Assembly (NCBI GenBank): GCA_031549385.1
Contig: JAVBPW010000006.1
Location: forward strand, 1-64,000
Direction of reading: 5' to 3'
Length of the DNA: 64,000 bases
Source: Alphaproteobacteria bacterium
Lineage (GTDB): Bacteria; Pseudomonadota; Alphaproteobacteria; Rs-D84; SZUA-605
A program made the position numbers and the translations under genes. The notes beneath the pieces are model-generated. The model did no database searches and was not told the origin of the DNA. It saw nothing but the letters and a program-made list of their open reading frames with translations. Below, one piece after another: positions 1 through 10,551 of the stretch; the stretch's first letter is position 1, and the number at the start of each line of letters is the position of its first letter.

Positions 1-2384
1 CCTATAATAGCTTCATATGACATAACATAGCCTGATTGATCAGGTGTATCTGATAATGTGAAGATATCTTGATCTACTTTTGAATTTGTATATCCTACAT
101 TACCCAATGCAAACCATTTTCCATATGAGTATCCACCATAAAGATTTCCACCCATTGTTTTTGTTGATGATTTATAGTCTGTAGATTTACCTTTATCTCC
201 AGAGTATGATAATGCAACACCGAGTACCATTCTCCCAACTTGTCTGTCATAACCAATAACAGCACCTTGGTAATCGTTGTTGAATTTAGCTACATTACCT
301 TGAGCTGAATATTCTTCAGATCCATTGTAGTATTGTAACCAGAAACCATTCTTTTTATTTTTGTAATTATCTTTAAGATAAGCATCATACATAATATTTC
401 TATCATTTTGAGCATAAGCTAATTTTAAATCTCTTTTTAAATTATTAGCCATTAAATCACCCCTTTTATTTTCGAATATTACTCTACCCACTCTTCGAGA
501 CCCTGATAAACCAGAAGAAGCCATAGAAGATGAATTCATCTTATTCACCCCACCTGCTGGTGCTGGAGGAGGAGTTAAAGGATCTGGAATATCACCAAGT
601 CCTGTTGTATCCAACCATAATTCTTTGTTATTATTCTCATATCTTAAAGTATAATGTGATAAATCCAACAATGTTCCGTTATTATATAAAGTAGCATAAT
701 CTCCATAAACTCTTGTATTAGAAGAAGCTAATAAGTAAGCTCCATCTCCTAATGATTGAGAATTAACTGTTAAGTTTAATATAATATCACCATAAGCTGT
801 ATCACCTAATGTTAAATCACCAATATTAGAAATAATCTTAGCTTGATTCATATCTGATGTTGTATAAGCTATATTAAGTTGAGTTTGACCACCCTTATTA
901 GAATATTTAACTCCACCAGAACCTGTTGCTGAATTAAATTGATTTAATTTAGATTGAGATAAAGTCATATTAGAAAATTCCCAACCTCCAGCTGAATGTA
1001 ATGCACCTATTAATTCCCCATTACCTTGATAATTTATCATAAAAGTAGTGTTTGCGTTATAGATGGAATAATCAGAACCAATAATTTTACCACCTGTATT
1101 GTTTATTACTGCACTATAACCACCACTATCACCTATAAGTTTGGAATTTGAATTAAAACTTATACCTTTTACACCACCTTCAATTGTACTATTATTTATT
1201 ATAAATTGACGATACAAAGAGCTCGAAGAATTAAAATCCATACCAGTATCACCACCATAAACTAAACCATTATTTTCAATTCCACCATTACTTGCACTTA
1301 AATAAGAAATCCCATATTTCAATCCAGTAATTTCAGCACCTAAATTGTTTATAATTTTACCACCACTACCCCAAGCTTCAAATGCAATACCTGAAGAATC
1401 GGTTCCTGTACCTCTTATTATATTTGAATTTATTATATTTCCATTAACTGAAAATTGTCGAATACCTATTGCAGCAATAGTACCTTCAATAATTCCATTA
1501 TTTATTATTTCACCATTAAAAGAATATCCTCCTGTTCCACCACTGGAAGTACCAAAATGCATTCCATAACCATAAACTCCTATTCCTGATATTTTCGCAT
1601 TTATATTATTTGTAAGAGTCATAGGTATAGATGTCATACCATAACGACCATCTTGTCCAAAATTGATAGCTGTACCTTCTCTTTCAATAATTCCATAATT
1701 AGTTATATTGCCTAAGATATTAGACATATAAAAATACATCCCTTCTATTGTTCCATAATTAATAATATCTCCGTGAAGTTCACTAAAATATTCTGTTGTA
1801 ACACCACTAATAGTTTGTTTATTTCCAGATATTCCTATACCTTTTTTAATTATTCCTTTATTAATAATATCCCCATAAACAACTGATTGAAGCCATATTT
1901 GAATTCCATGATTTGTTCCACCTGAAATTATAGCACCTTCTTCGTTTATAATATCAGCTCTTACGGATGACGAACCTAAAGTAGCCCCTTCAAAATTTAT
2001 ACCATATGATGAGCCTTTTATAATTCCATAATTAACAATACCAGTTCCCCCATTTCCTCTAATAAGAACACCTTGACTTTGTGAAGAATCAATATTTCCA
2101 TAGTTTCTAAAATTAAAATTTGTTTTATAAAAATATATAGAAGATGTTGTAAGAGTGTTGTTTAATGTAAAGTTTACAACAGAACCAGCTGATCCAGCTT
2201 CATTTAAATGTATAAACTCTGTACTATCAGATATAGAATAACATGTATTCCCGTCTGGGCAAATATATTTTCCAGTTGCAACTAATTCAGAATTATCAGT
2301 TCCAGTCCAAGTTTGAGCATGGGAAGTGGTGGTGAAAATTGATGCGAGTGTGAAAATTGGTAGAAAAATCTTTTTAAAAGACAT
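1..2384 (-). CDS. Autotransporter (type Va) with beta-helical passenger; runs off the left edge, so absent from the ORF track
   Basis: ATG at 2384 after GAGGAGG; signal peptide MSFKKIFLPIFTLASIFTTTSHA; repeated I-x-N-x-G-x-I-x-G motifs; Pro-rich linker; beta-barrel segment GFWLQYYNG...YQGAVIGYDRQVGRMVLGVALSYS...GGNLYGGYSYGKWFALG in the same frame as the start. Confidence 0.85.
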   Translation of the reverse strand, partial: MSFKKIFLPIFTLASIFTTTSHAQTWTGTDNSELVATGKYICPDGNTCYSISDSTEFIHLNEAGSAGSVVNFTLNNTLTTSSIYFYKTNFNFRNYGNIDSSQSQGVLIRGNGGTGIVNYGIIKGSSYGINFEGATLGSSSVRADIINEEGAIISGGTNHGIQIWLQSVVYGDIINKGIIKKGIGISGNKQTISGVTTEYFSELHGDIINYGTIEGMYFYMSNILGNITNYGIIEREGTAINFGQDGRYGMTSIPMTLTNNINAKISGIGVYGYGMHFGTSSGGTGGYSFNGEIINNGIIEGTIAAIGIRQFSVNGNIINSNIIRGTGTDSSGIAFEAWGSGGKIINNLGAEITGLKYGISYLSASNGGIENNGLVYGGDTGMDFNSSSSLYRQFIINNSTIEGGVKGISFNSNSKLIGDSGGYSAVINNTGGKIIGSDYSIYNANTTFMINYQGNGELIGALHSAGGWEFSNMTLSQSKLNQFNSATGSGGVKYSNKGGQTQLNIAYTTSDMNQAKIISNIGDLTLGDTAYGDIILNLTVNSQSLGDGAYLLASSNTRVYGDYATLYNNGTLLDLSHYTLRYENNNKELWLDTTGLGDIPDPLTPPPAPAGGVNKMNSSSMASSGLSGSRRVGRVIFENKRGDLMANNLKRDLKLAYAQNDRNIMYDAYLKDNYKNKKNGFWLQYYNGSEEYSAQGNVAKFNNDYQGAVIGYDRQVGRMVLGVALSYSGDKGKSTDYKSSTKTMGGNLYGGYSYGKWFALGNVGYTNSKVDQDIFTLSDTPDQSGYVMSYEAII

Positions 2385-2664
2385 AGGTTCCTCCTCTGGT
2401 CTTAATTTTAGAAATTATATCATATTTTTAACTCCTAAAAAAGGAAAATTTTCTTACCACAGGTTTAAATTTTATAAACTATTATAGTATGAAGAGATTT
2501 TTTGATAGTAAATTTAGATTTTTATCGCTTTTATTGCGAATCATTAAGTTTGGACTAAAATATTTGAAATATTGGAAATTTGGTCATTTTTTCCTTGATT
2601 TTTTTACCATATATTGCTATAAATCTCCAAGTTAATTAATTTTTTTAAATTCTAGGAGTTTTTT

Positions 2665-3186
2665 ATGGTACTTCCAATGATGCCGAAAGCAGTTGCTGCT
2701 TGGCTTATCGAAAACACTGCACTTACTTTTGAACAAATTAGCGAATTTTGTGGACTTCATGAACTTGAAATCCAAGCTATCGCTGATGGAGAAACTAATA
2801 CTATTCGTCCTATGGACCCTATTTTAACACATCAATTGACTAAAGAAGAAATCAAAAGATGTGAGGCTGATCCTAAGGCTCACTTGAAACTTACTCAAAG
2901 TGCTCAAGATATCAGAAAAACTACAAGAAAAGAAACTTATGTGCCTATGGCTCAACGCCAAAATAAGCCAAACGGAATTTTGTGGATTGTTAAAACTCAC
3001 CCTGAAATATCAGACACACAGATTGCTAAAGCTATGCATTCTACTAAGAAAACAATTGAAGATATTAGAAATGGTAATCATAGACTATCTGCATCTATCA
3101 GACCACAAAATCCTATTACTCTTGGATTAATCGGCGAAAATGAATTTTATGCCATACTGGAAAAAGCCAGAAAAAAAACTAAATAA
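2665..3186 (+). CDS. trcR: DUF1013 family cell-cycle transcriptional regulator (TrcR)
   Basis: PMMPKAVAAWLIENTALTFEQISEFCGLHELEIQAIADG N-terminus typical of the alphaproteobacterial DUF1013 family; AGGAG SD. Confidence 0.9.
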   Translation: MVLPMMPKAVAAWLIENTALTFEQISEFCGLHELEIQAIADGETNTIRPMDPILTHQLTKEEIKRCEADPKAHLKLTQSAQDIRKTTRKETYVPMAQRQNKPNGILWIVKTHPEISDTQIAKAMHSTKKTIEDIRNGNHRLSASIRPQNPITLGLIGENEFYAILEKARKKTK

Positions 3187-3258
3187 TACTGGTTAAGATA
3201 TTTAAAACTCCTTCCTTGATAGGGGTTTTCAACAATTTAGGTGTAGGAAAGGTTGTAA

Positions 3259-5265
3259 ATGGATACAAAAATTAAGTTAGATGAAGCTTTAGTTCAAGAT
3301 TTACCAGAAAGTTTTATTAAACTCTTCGAAATTAGTAAAGAAAATGGATATGTTCTTAAAGAGCATATTGTTATACTTGCTGATAAAGAAAATATGGAAG
3401 AAGATAAAGTTGAAGCTATTATGGAAGCTTTTTCTGAATTAAATATTCCTCTTGTTGATGAAGATGATGAAGCTGAATTTTTGAAATCTTTCGATGATGA
3501 AGATGAACAAAAAAATCCTTTGCTTGAAACTGAAAAATTAGAATCAGATGTGGAAGAAGAAGATTTCACTAGCACTGAAGGTTTGGAAGAGCAAGCTAAA
3601 TTATTTGAAAATTCAGCAACTGTTGAAGGTATTGCTGATTTAAGCGTTGCTTCACCTGACTCTATTCAAACTTATCTTAAAAATATGAGAAATATTGACC
3701 TGCTTACAAAAGCTGGTGAAACTGCTATTGCTAAAAGAATTGAAGCTGGTCAAAAATTGATGATTGAAGGTCTTTGTACTTCACCTATGACAATTGAAAC
3801 TTTTTTGAAATGGTATAACGATCTTTTAAATGACACCGTTTCACTTCGTAACATTGTTAATCTTGATTTGATGTGCAGCTCTAATGATTTCAATGGCGAA
3901 GAAATTGCTGAAGAAGATGAAGAAGCTCTTTTAAACGGTGAAGAAGCTGAAGAAGAAGCTCCAGAAGAGGAAGAAACTTTCGGCGATGATCCTATGAATT
4001 TGTCTATGTCTGCCATGGAAGAAGAAGTTAGACCTATTGTTTATGCTACATTTGAAGAATTAAAAAAGATTTATTCTAAATTTAAAAAAGTTCAAGCAAA
4101 AAGACTTGAAGCTTTGTTAACTAATACAAAAATTGACGATAAAACAGAAAAGAAATATCAAGAATTGAAACAAGAAATGGTTTCTTTGATGGAAAAAATC
4201 AAATTAACTGATATTAAAATTTATGAAATTTTGGAAACTCTTTCTGATAAAAATCGTTTACTTACTGGATTGGAAGGTAAGCTTCTTAGAATTGCATCAT
4301 CATGCAAAATTCCAAGAGAAGAATTTTTACAATATTATAAGGGATATGAAGTATCTCCTACTTGGTTCAATAAAATTGGACGTATTCAATCTAAGAACTG
4401 GAAGAAATTTATAGAATTCCATAAGAAAGAAGTTATTGCTATACGTGATCAAATCAGAGATATAGTTGAAGAAACTGGATTGCCTATTGACGAATACAGA
4501 CAAGTTGTTGAAACTGTTCGTAAGGGTGAACGTGAAGCTGTTATGGCTAAAAAAGAAATGATTGAAGCTAACTTGCGTTTAGTGGTTTCTGTGGCAAAAA
4601 AATATACTAATAGAGGATTGTTATTCTTAGACCTTGTTCAAGAAGGTAATCTTGGTTTGATGAAAACTGTTGATAAATTTGAATATAGACGTGGATTGAA
4701 ATTTTCTACTTATGCTATTTGGTGGATTAGACAATCTATTTCACGTTCGATTGCTGATCATGCTCGTACTATTCGTGTACCTGTGCATATGATTGAAACT
4801 ATTAATAAGTTAAGAAAAATTTCTCGTAAGATGTTACACGAAATGGGAAGAGAACCAACCGCTGAAGAAATTGCAGAAAAAGTTTATTTGCCTATTAAAA
4901 AAGTTAGAGAAATTTTAAAAGCATCAAGAACTCCTATCTCTCTTGATAATCCTGTTGGTGATGATGATAGCTCATTGTTCGGTGATGTGATTGATGATCC
5001 AAATGCAATCAGACCTAGTGATGCTATGATTGATTCAAATTTAAGAGAAATTACTACTCAAGTACTTTCTACTTTATCTCCTCGTGAAGAACGTATTATT
5101 CGTATGCGTTTTAGTATTGGAATGAATTCTGAACATACATTGGAAGAAGTAGGACAAGAACAAGGAGTTACTCGTGAACGTATCAGACAAATTGAAGTAA
5201 AGGCGTTGCGTAAATTGAAACACCCTGCTCGTGCTAAATTGTTACGCCCTTTCTTGGAGGACTAG
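3259..5265 (+). CDS. rpoD: Primary RNA polymerase sigma factor sigma-70
   Basis: Regions 2-4: [45 protein letters not shown]; region 1.1 and non-essential region present. Confidence 0.98.
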   Translation: MDTKIKLDEALVQDLPESFIKLFEISKENGYVLKEHIVILADKENMEEDKVEAIMEAFSELNIPLVDEDDEAEFLKSFDDEDEQKNPLLETEKLESDVEEEDFTSTEGLEEQAKLFENSATVEGIADLSVASPDSIQTYLKNMRNIDLLTKAGETAIAKRIEAGQKLMIEGLCTSPMTIETFLKWYNDLLNDTVSLRNIVNLDLMCSSNDFNGEEIAEEDEEALLNGEEAEEEAPEEEETFGDDPMNLSMSAMEEEVRPIVYATFEELKKIYSKFKKVQAKRLEALLTNTKIDDKTEKKYQELKQEMVSLMEKIKLTDIKIYEILETLSDKNRLLTGLEGKLLRIASSCKIPREEFLQYYKGYEVSPTWFNKIGRIQSKNWKKFIEFHKKEVIAIRDQIRDIVEETGLPIDEYRQVVETVRKGEREAVMAKKEMIEANLRLVVSVAKKYTNRGLLFLDLVQEGNLGLMKTVDKFEYRRGLKFSTYAIWWIRQSISRSIADHARTIRVPVHMIETINKLRKISRKMLHEMGREPTAEEIAEKVYLPIKKVREILKASRTPISLDNPVGDDDSSLFGDVIDDPNAIRPSDAMIDSNLREITTQVLSTLSPREERIIRMRFSIGMNSEHTLEEVGQEQGVTRERIRQIEVKALRKLKHPARAKLLRPFLED

Positions 5266-5319
5266 CAACTTGAAGTTGCACACTTATTTTTTTAAATAAT
5301 AAACTTAAATTAACATTCT

Positions 5320-5760
5320 ATGGAAAATATATCGTTAGTAAATTTTGGAAAACCGGATAGGATTATGTACGACAAAACAACTTTGCACGTGCAACAAATC
5401 TCCTTTGTTTGGGGAAGAAGAAAAATCAAAAAACTACTTCCTATTTTGGAAGAAATTTTGTTCAAACTAAAGGAAGGGAGACCTTCAAGTATCAAACACA
5501 ATATCTTGGGATTTCCTCCTGGACTTGTGTGCAGTATTTCAAATGTACGAATCCACAAGCTTGTTGATGGGTTCTATGACATTGCGCACCCTCTTGCTAT
5601 ATTTGATGGCAAGAAGCAAACAAAAGATGGGGAAGCATTGAAAGACCCTGCAAAAAGGATTGTTATTATAGAACTTGAAAAGGCTCCTATATTTGTTAAT
5701 CCTATGACAGGTAGCATCTTTGATGCTAGTCAAAATGCAAAATATTCCGGAAATTTTTAA
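5320..5760 (+). CDS. Orphan hypothetical protein (SD-less class), paralog of 5828..6226
   Basis: 146-aa ORF; AAACTTAAA at 5301-5309, no SD; C-terminus VIIELEKAPIFVNPMTGSIF aligns with the neighbour. Confidence 0.75.
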   Translation: MENISLVNFGKPDRIMYDKTTLHVQQISFVWGRRKIKKLLPILEEILFKLKEGRPSSIKHNILGFPPGLVCSISNVRIHKLVDGFYDIAHPLAIFDGKKQTKDGEALKDPAKRIVIIELEKAPIFVNPMTGSIFDASQNAKYSGNF

Positions 5761-5770
5761 TTGGTATTTT

Positions 5771-5800
5771 AAGTCTTGAGTAATCAAGACTTTATGTTTT
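5771..5800 (+). terminator. Intrinsic terminator-like hairpin
   Basis: AAGTCTTGA-GTAA-TCAAGACTT followed by a T-rich tract; related to the hairpin at 6244. Confidence 0.65.
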
Positions 5801-5827
5801 TATTTTTTAATTTATAAACTTAAAGAA

Positions 5828-6226
5828 ATGAATTTATTAAACTTTGGTGAAATCAGTCAAATTGTTATTGAGGGAATCGTTGTTAAAAAAATAATCTACG
5901 TAAAGCCTGGAGCTCGGATTTGCGATTTTGTTGATAAATTGGTAGAAGCACTGAACAAAAGAAAAGCTGGTAAAGTACAGGAAATTGATATTGGTATTTT
6001 TGGACTTCCTTTACATACACTTTGGCATATGAAAAATATCATAGTTATTGATGCTTTTTTAGGTAAGTATTACCTTAATACCGACAAAATACTTTTTGAT
6101 TGGGCCGCTGGAAAAACTCCTAGCATTAATTCTATGGATAGCAGAGCATTGGTTATTGAGTTCGTTGATAACAGTCCAATTATCATTGATCCTAAGACTG
6201 GAATTATTTTCAATAGCTATTTTTGA
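5828..6226 (+). CDS. Orphan hypothetical protein (SD-less class), paralog of 5320..5760
   Basis: 132-aa ORF; AAACTTAAA at 5816-5824; shared NFG, GxFGxP and IExxxxPIxxxPxTGxIF motifs. Confidence 0.75.
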   Translation: MNLLNFGEISQIVIEGIVVKKIIYVKPGARICDFVDKLVEALNKRKAGKVQEIDIGIFGLPLHTLWHMKNIIVIDAFLGKYYLNTDKILFDWAAGKTPSINSMDSRALVIEFVDNSPIIIDPKTGIIFNSYF

Positions 6227-6243
6227 TACAGTTGCAAAAATTT

Positions 6244-6274
6244 AAAAGCTTGAGAAATCAAGCTTTTTATTTTA
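6244..6274. terminator. Intrinsic terminator-like hairpin
   Basis: AAAAGCTTGA-GAAA-TCAAGCTTTT. Confidence 0.7.
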
Positions 6275-6304
6275 TAATTTATATATAATTTTAAAAATAT
6301 ATCT

Positions 6305-6433
6305 ATGAATAAATTTAAACCTAGGCGGAAAACCACAAAAAATGAGCATTCTTGCAGTATTGTTCCAAACTCATTAAACAAAATTGTTTCTGTTAAAAAA
6401 ATTAAAACATCAAATATTGTGAAGATGGAATAA
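6305..6433 (+). CDS. Possible 42-aa small ORF or degenerate third copy of the 5320/5828 unit
   Basis: MNKFKPRRKTTKNEHSCSIVPNSLNKIVSVKKIKTSNIVKME*; sits after a similar hairpin and AT-rich leader. Confidence 0.3.
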   Translation: MNKFKPRRKTTKNEHSCSIVPNSLNKIVSVKKIKTSNIVKME

Positions 6434-7300
6434 TTAAAAGTCTTTTAAGAAGGCCTCTGGAGTGAAAACTTCGAGGTCTTCTAATTTTTCACCTGAACCT
6501 AAAAATAATATTGGAATCTTTTTGTCTGTTAATTGAAAAACAAAACCTGCTTTTGATGAAGAGTCCATCTTGTTTATTATTAAACCTTTTATATCCAAAA
6601 ATTCTGAGAACTTTTCCAATTGATTTATTGAGTTTTGACCAGCAGTTCCATCAAGAATGAGAATCGGAACTATAGAAGATGAGGTTGCTTCATTCTTCGC
6701 AATGACAGATGATTCTAATTTTTGTAAAGTAGAATATATCTTTTTTAATTCGTTCATTAAATTATCATTGTTTGTTAAACGCCCTGCTGTATCTATTAAT
6801 GCTATATCTATGTTTTCATCTATTGCTTGTTTATATGTCTTGTATGCAACAGATGCAGGGTCAGAATTTGGAGCTGAAATAAAGTCTGATTTTAATTTCT
6901 TTGCCCAATGTTCTAATTGTTCTGTTGCTGATGCTCTGAATGTGTCTGCAGCACCTATTATAATCTTCTTTTTTTGTTGCTGATAATAATGACCTATTTT
7001 TGCTAATACTGTTGTTTTGCCTGCGCCATTTATTCCTATGAATAATAAAACTGTTGGCTTGGTTGTGATTTTAAATTCAGTTTGTAATTTTTTTAAATCT
7101 TTTGAAAGCTGGTCTTTTAAAATTTCTTTTGCTTCAACTCCTGATAACTTAGAATCTTTATTATGTTTCTTTAAATTTTCCATTATTTTTTCTGTAGCTG
7201 TATATCCAAAGTCTGAGGATAGCAAGTAATCTTGCAAATCCTCAACTACATCTGGATTTAACTTTTCTGATTTAAAAATATTTTTGATAAATTTAAACAT
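6434..7300 (-). CDS. ftsY: Signal recognition particle receptor FtsY (NG domain only)
   Basis: GINGAGKTT, DTFRASA, DTAGR, NKMD and GSGEKLEDL motifs. Confidence 0.95.
   Translation of the reverse strand: MFKFIKNIFKSEKLNPDVVEDLQDYLLSSDFGYTATEKIMENLKKHNKDSKLSGVEAKEILKDQLSKDLKKLQTEFKITTKPTVLLFIGINGAGKTTVLAKIGHYYQQQKKKIIIGAADTFRASATEQLEHWAKKLKSDFISAPNSDPASVAYKTYKQAIDENIDIALIDTAGRLTNNDNLMNELKKIYSTLQKLESSVIAKNEATSSSIVPILILDGTAGQNSINQLEKFSEFLDIKGLIINKMDSSSKAGFVFQLTDKKIPILFLGSGEKLEDLEVFTPEAFLKDF
6681..6707. repeat. Palindromic-element (RPE/REP-like) fragment inside ftsY
   Basis: GAGGTTGCTTCATTCTTCGCAATGACA, 24/27 identical to the intergenic copy at 33072-33098; encodes VIAKNEAT. Confidence 0.7.
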
Positions 7301-8312
7301 CTTTCTCCAATACTTTTATTGCGTCTAACATTCCTTTTTCTACAAATTCAAGGAATGCTCCGCCAGCTGTTGAACAATAGCTTATATCATCTTTATATTT
7401 GCCTAATGCAAAGATTGTGTCGCCACCACCTACTACTGAAAATAATTTTTTCTCACGTGATAGTTTTGCTATTTCTTTTACTACTTCAATTGTTCCTTGA
7501 TCGTATGGTTTCTTTTCAAAGAAGCCTAACGGTCCATTGAATAATAATGTTTTTGATTCTCTTATTATTTCAATGAACTTTTCAACTGTCTTTGGACCTA
7601 TATCGAATTTTGTTTCGTCGCTGTAATCAATAGCTTTTACTATCTTTGGATCTTGAATTGTTAATTCAGCTGCGATTTTACCGCCTACTAATATATGGTC
7701 TGCTTTTGATAAAAGTGCATTTACTAATGGTAGCTTTGTTTCTAATTTGGCTCCACCCATTAAGAATGTTAGTGGGCGAGTCGGTTTTTCTAGGATTGAT
7801 GATAATGCGTCTACTTCTCTTTGTAGTAAAAGACCTGCATATGATGGTAAGAATTTTGTTATACCATAATTTGATGCATGATTTCTGTGTGATACTGAAA
7901 ATGCATCGTCTATATAACAATCACCATAAGAAGCTAGTTTCTTTGCAAACCCTTCATCGTCTTTTTCTTCTTCTTTCCAAAAACGAATGTTTTGAAATAA
8001 GATTAATGGAGATGAATCCAATTTATCAAAGTCTGATGCAAATTTGATGCTTGGATATTTTTTTTTCAAATATTCATAAATTGGAGTAAGAGAAAATTCT
8101 TCATTAAATTCCCCATTTGGACGACCCAAATGTGTCATTATGATTATTTGCTTTGCTTTATTTTTTAAAAGTAAATCAACTGTTGGTAAGAATTCATCTA
8201 TACGTGTTGAATCTTGAATTACACCTTCTTCAATTGGCACATTTAAATCTGCACGAACTAATACTCTTTTTGATGATATATCTTGAATATCATTTATTGT
8301 CTTTAATTGCAT
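7293..8312 (-). CDS. pgk: Phosphoglycerate kinase (shortened)
   Basis: RADLNVP, THLGRP, FSVSHR, GGAK, NGPLG, GGGDT and STAGGAFLE motifs. Confidence 0.95.
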   Translation of the reverse strand: MQLKTINDIQDISSKRVLVRADLNVPIEEGVIQDSTRIDEFLPTVDLLLKNKAKQIIIMTHLGRPNGEFNEEFSLTPIYEYLKKKYPSIKFASDFDKLDSSPLILFQNIRFWKEEEKDDEGFAKKLASYGDCYIDDAFSVSHRNHASNYGITKFLPSYAGLLLQREVDALSSILEKPTRPLTFLMGGAKLETKLPLVNALLSKADHILVGGKIAAELTIQDPKIVKAIDYSDETKFDIGPKTVEKFIEIIRESKTLLFNGPLGFFEKKPYDQGTIEVVKEIAKLSREKKLFSVVGGGDTIFALGKYKDDISYCSTAGGAFLEFVEKGMLDAIKVLEKDV

Positions 8313-8326
8313 TTTTTATCTTTCCT

Positions 8327-8920
8327 TTAAAATATTGAGTCTTCTATTTTCTTTGCATTTACCACTTCTATGAAATGTCCTGATGGATGATCACAAGCTG
8401 GGCATTTTAATGGAGCGTCTTTTGCCATTACATGATAGCCACAATTCTTACATTTCCATACTACAATTTCTGGTCTTGAAAATAGTGAGTTTTCATTTAA
8501 TCTTGAAATTAATTCTAAATATCTTCTTTCATGATATGTTTCTGCATGAGCTATGTTTAAAAAGATGTTTGCTATATCATTGAAACCTTCTTCTTGGGCT
8601 ACTCTTGCGAATCCAGGATACATCTCAGAATATTCTTCTCTTTCACCATCTGCTGCTTCTTGCAAATTTTGCAATGTTGTTCCAATTATTCCTGCTGGAT
8701 AGCTCCATGTGATTTCAGCTTTTCCACCTTCCATTAATTTGAATAATCTTTTAGCGTGTTCTTTTTCTTGCTCTGCTGTTTCTGTGAATATGTCAGATAT
8801 TATTCTGAATCCATCTTTTTTTGCTACGCTTGCGAAAAAATCATAACGGTTTCTTGCTTGTGATTCACCTGCGAATGCTGTTAATATGTTAGCTTCTGTT
8901 TGAGAGCCTTTTAGTTTCAT
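8327..8920 (-). CDS. rbr: Rubrerythrin
   Basis: AFAGESQARNRY, EKEH and ETYH di-iron motifs; C-terminal CKNCG...CPACDHP rubredoxin domain. Confidence 0.95.
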   Translation of the reverse strand: MKLKGSQTEANILTAFAGESQARNRYDFFASVAKKDGFRIISDIFTETAEQEKEHAKRLFKLMEGGKAEITWSYPAGIIGTTLQNLQEAADGEREEYSEMYPGFARVAQEEGFNDIANIFLNIAHAETYHERRYLELISRLNENSLFSRPEIVVWKCKNCGYHVMAKDAPLKCPACDHPSGHFIEVVNAKKIEDSIF

Positions 8921-8921
8921 A

Positions 8922-10481
8922 CTATTCCCCTTTGACTTGTATACTCATTAATTTCTTATATAATTCCTTGTCACCTAGGATTGATAATGCTAACGATTGA
9001 GTGAACGCTATATTATCTTCTGATAAATCGGAAGGTTTACAACCTTGTCGAATTTTTTGAATTTCATCCATTTTTTCTGCTGGTAAATATTGCCATTGTA
9101 AAACAGGTGAATTAAACCTTTTTGATTTTATATTTTCTACCATATCATATTGAGCCTGTAAATCTTTTATTGATGATGTGCAAATTACTGGGAGAACACC
9201 TCTTTTATCCAAAAAATTTCCTTCACGGTCATAAACTTCTGCCCATGTGAAAATTAATTTTGCTCCATTCGGTAAATCTGAAGCTGTTTGTACTGCACCT
9301 TTTCCAAATGTTGGAGTTCCTATTACAACTGCACGACCAAGTTGTTGTAATGATAGTGCTAAAATTTCTGCTGCTGAGGCTGTTGTTTGATCTACTAGTA
9401 CAACCATTGGTCTGCCGTTAATTAAATCACCTTTTTTTGCTTTATAAACATTGTTTGCTGATTTGTGACGACCTTTTGTTTGGGCTATTACTCCTGAGTC
9501 TAAAAACATATCTGCGATTTCAACTGCTTGTTCTAATAACCCGCCTGAATTTCCACGAAGGTCTAAAATAACTCCATATAATTCATCATTAGAATTGTAT
9601 GCATGAACAATTGCCTCTTGAACTAATTCTTTTGTATTAATTGAAAAATCATGAATGATGATTTGTGCAAATCCACCTGGAAGAATTTTTAGGTCTATTG
9701 GTGATGATATAAATGATGCACGACGCAATGTTACATCTTTTGTTTTTCTTGATACGAAATCTATGTATGATAATTGAACAAATGCATTTGTTTTTCCATG
9801 GAATGCTGTTTCTACTTCTTCGTCATACATTGATGTTACATTTTTACCATTGATTTTTGTGATAGTATCACCGTCAGCCATTCCTTTTAAAAATGCTGGG
9901 GAATTTTCAAAAACTGATAAAACTTGAATGTTTTTATTTTTATCTCTTCTGTAACTTATTCCAATAGATGTTGAAATTAATTTTGCAGAACCTGTTTTTG
10001 TAAATGCTTTTTTAGGATATATGTATTGTGCATATGGATCTACTACTGAGGCAAGTGATGTTAATGTTGAATAATATAATTGCTCTGGGTGAGATGATAC
10101 TAATTCTTTGTCGTAATGTCTTATATTTAATAACATTGTTGCTATTAAATGTCCCCATGCATTCATGTCGTTTTTATCATCTGGAGCTGGAAAGTTTCCT
10201 ATTACTTTTCCTCGTGCTTCTAACATAACTCTGGAACCAGCCACTGTTGCTCTTATATTTGGTAGGAATTGTGCGAATCCTCTTATAGCTTGAGAGGTTA
10301 GTTTTTCTGCTGGAACTTCAACCAGAGATTTTTCATATAAATCTTGAAGCGCAACTGTGTAAATTTCAGCCACGGCTTCTAAATTTAAACCATCAATAGT
10401 TTGCGAATCACTTGGCCAATATTTTTGTGCGTTTAATGTACTTGAAAGTAATAGTATTGTAGCAAATATAATTCTTCTCAT
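8922..10481 (-). CDS. ctpA: S41 family C-terminal processing protease (PDZ + peptidase)
   Basis: Signal peptide; PDZ segment; ILDLRGNSGG, TASAAEI and TFGKG motifs. Confidence 0.9.
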   Translation of the reverse strand: MRRIIFATILLLSSTLNAQKYWPSDSQTIDGLNLEAVAEIYTVALQDLYEKSLVEVPAEKLTSQAIRGFAQFLPNIRATVAGSRVMLEARGKVIGNFPAPDDKNDMNAWGHLIATMLLNIRHYDKELVSSHPEQLYYSTLTSLASVVDPYAQYIYPKKAFTKTGSAKLISTSIGISYRRDKNKNIQVLSVFENSPAFLKGMADGDTITKINGKNVTSMYDEEVETAFHGKTNAFVQLSYIDFVSRKTKDVTLRRASFISSPIDLKILPGGFAQIIIHDFSINTKELVQEAIVHAYNSNDELYGVILDLRGNSGGLLEQAVEIADMFLDSGVIAQTKGRHKSANNVYKAKKGDLINGRPMVVLVDQTTASAAEILALSLQQLGRAVVIGTPTFGKGAVQTASDLPNGAKLIFTWAEVYDREGNFLDKRGVLPVICTSSIKDLQAQYDMVENIKSKRFNSPVLQWQYLPAEKMDEIQKIRQGCKPSDLSEDNIAFTQSLALSILGDKELYKKLMSIQVKGE

Positions 10482-10551
10482 TTTCTTTCCCTTTTATAGA
10501 TAAGAATAATGGCAAATATTTTGCGTTTTTGCAAGGAATTTATTATATTTT

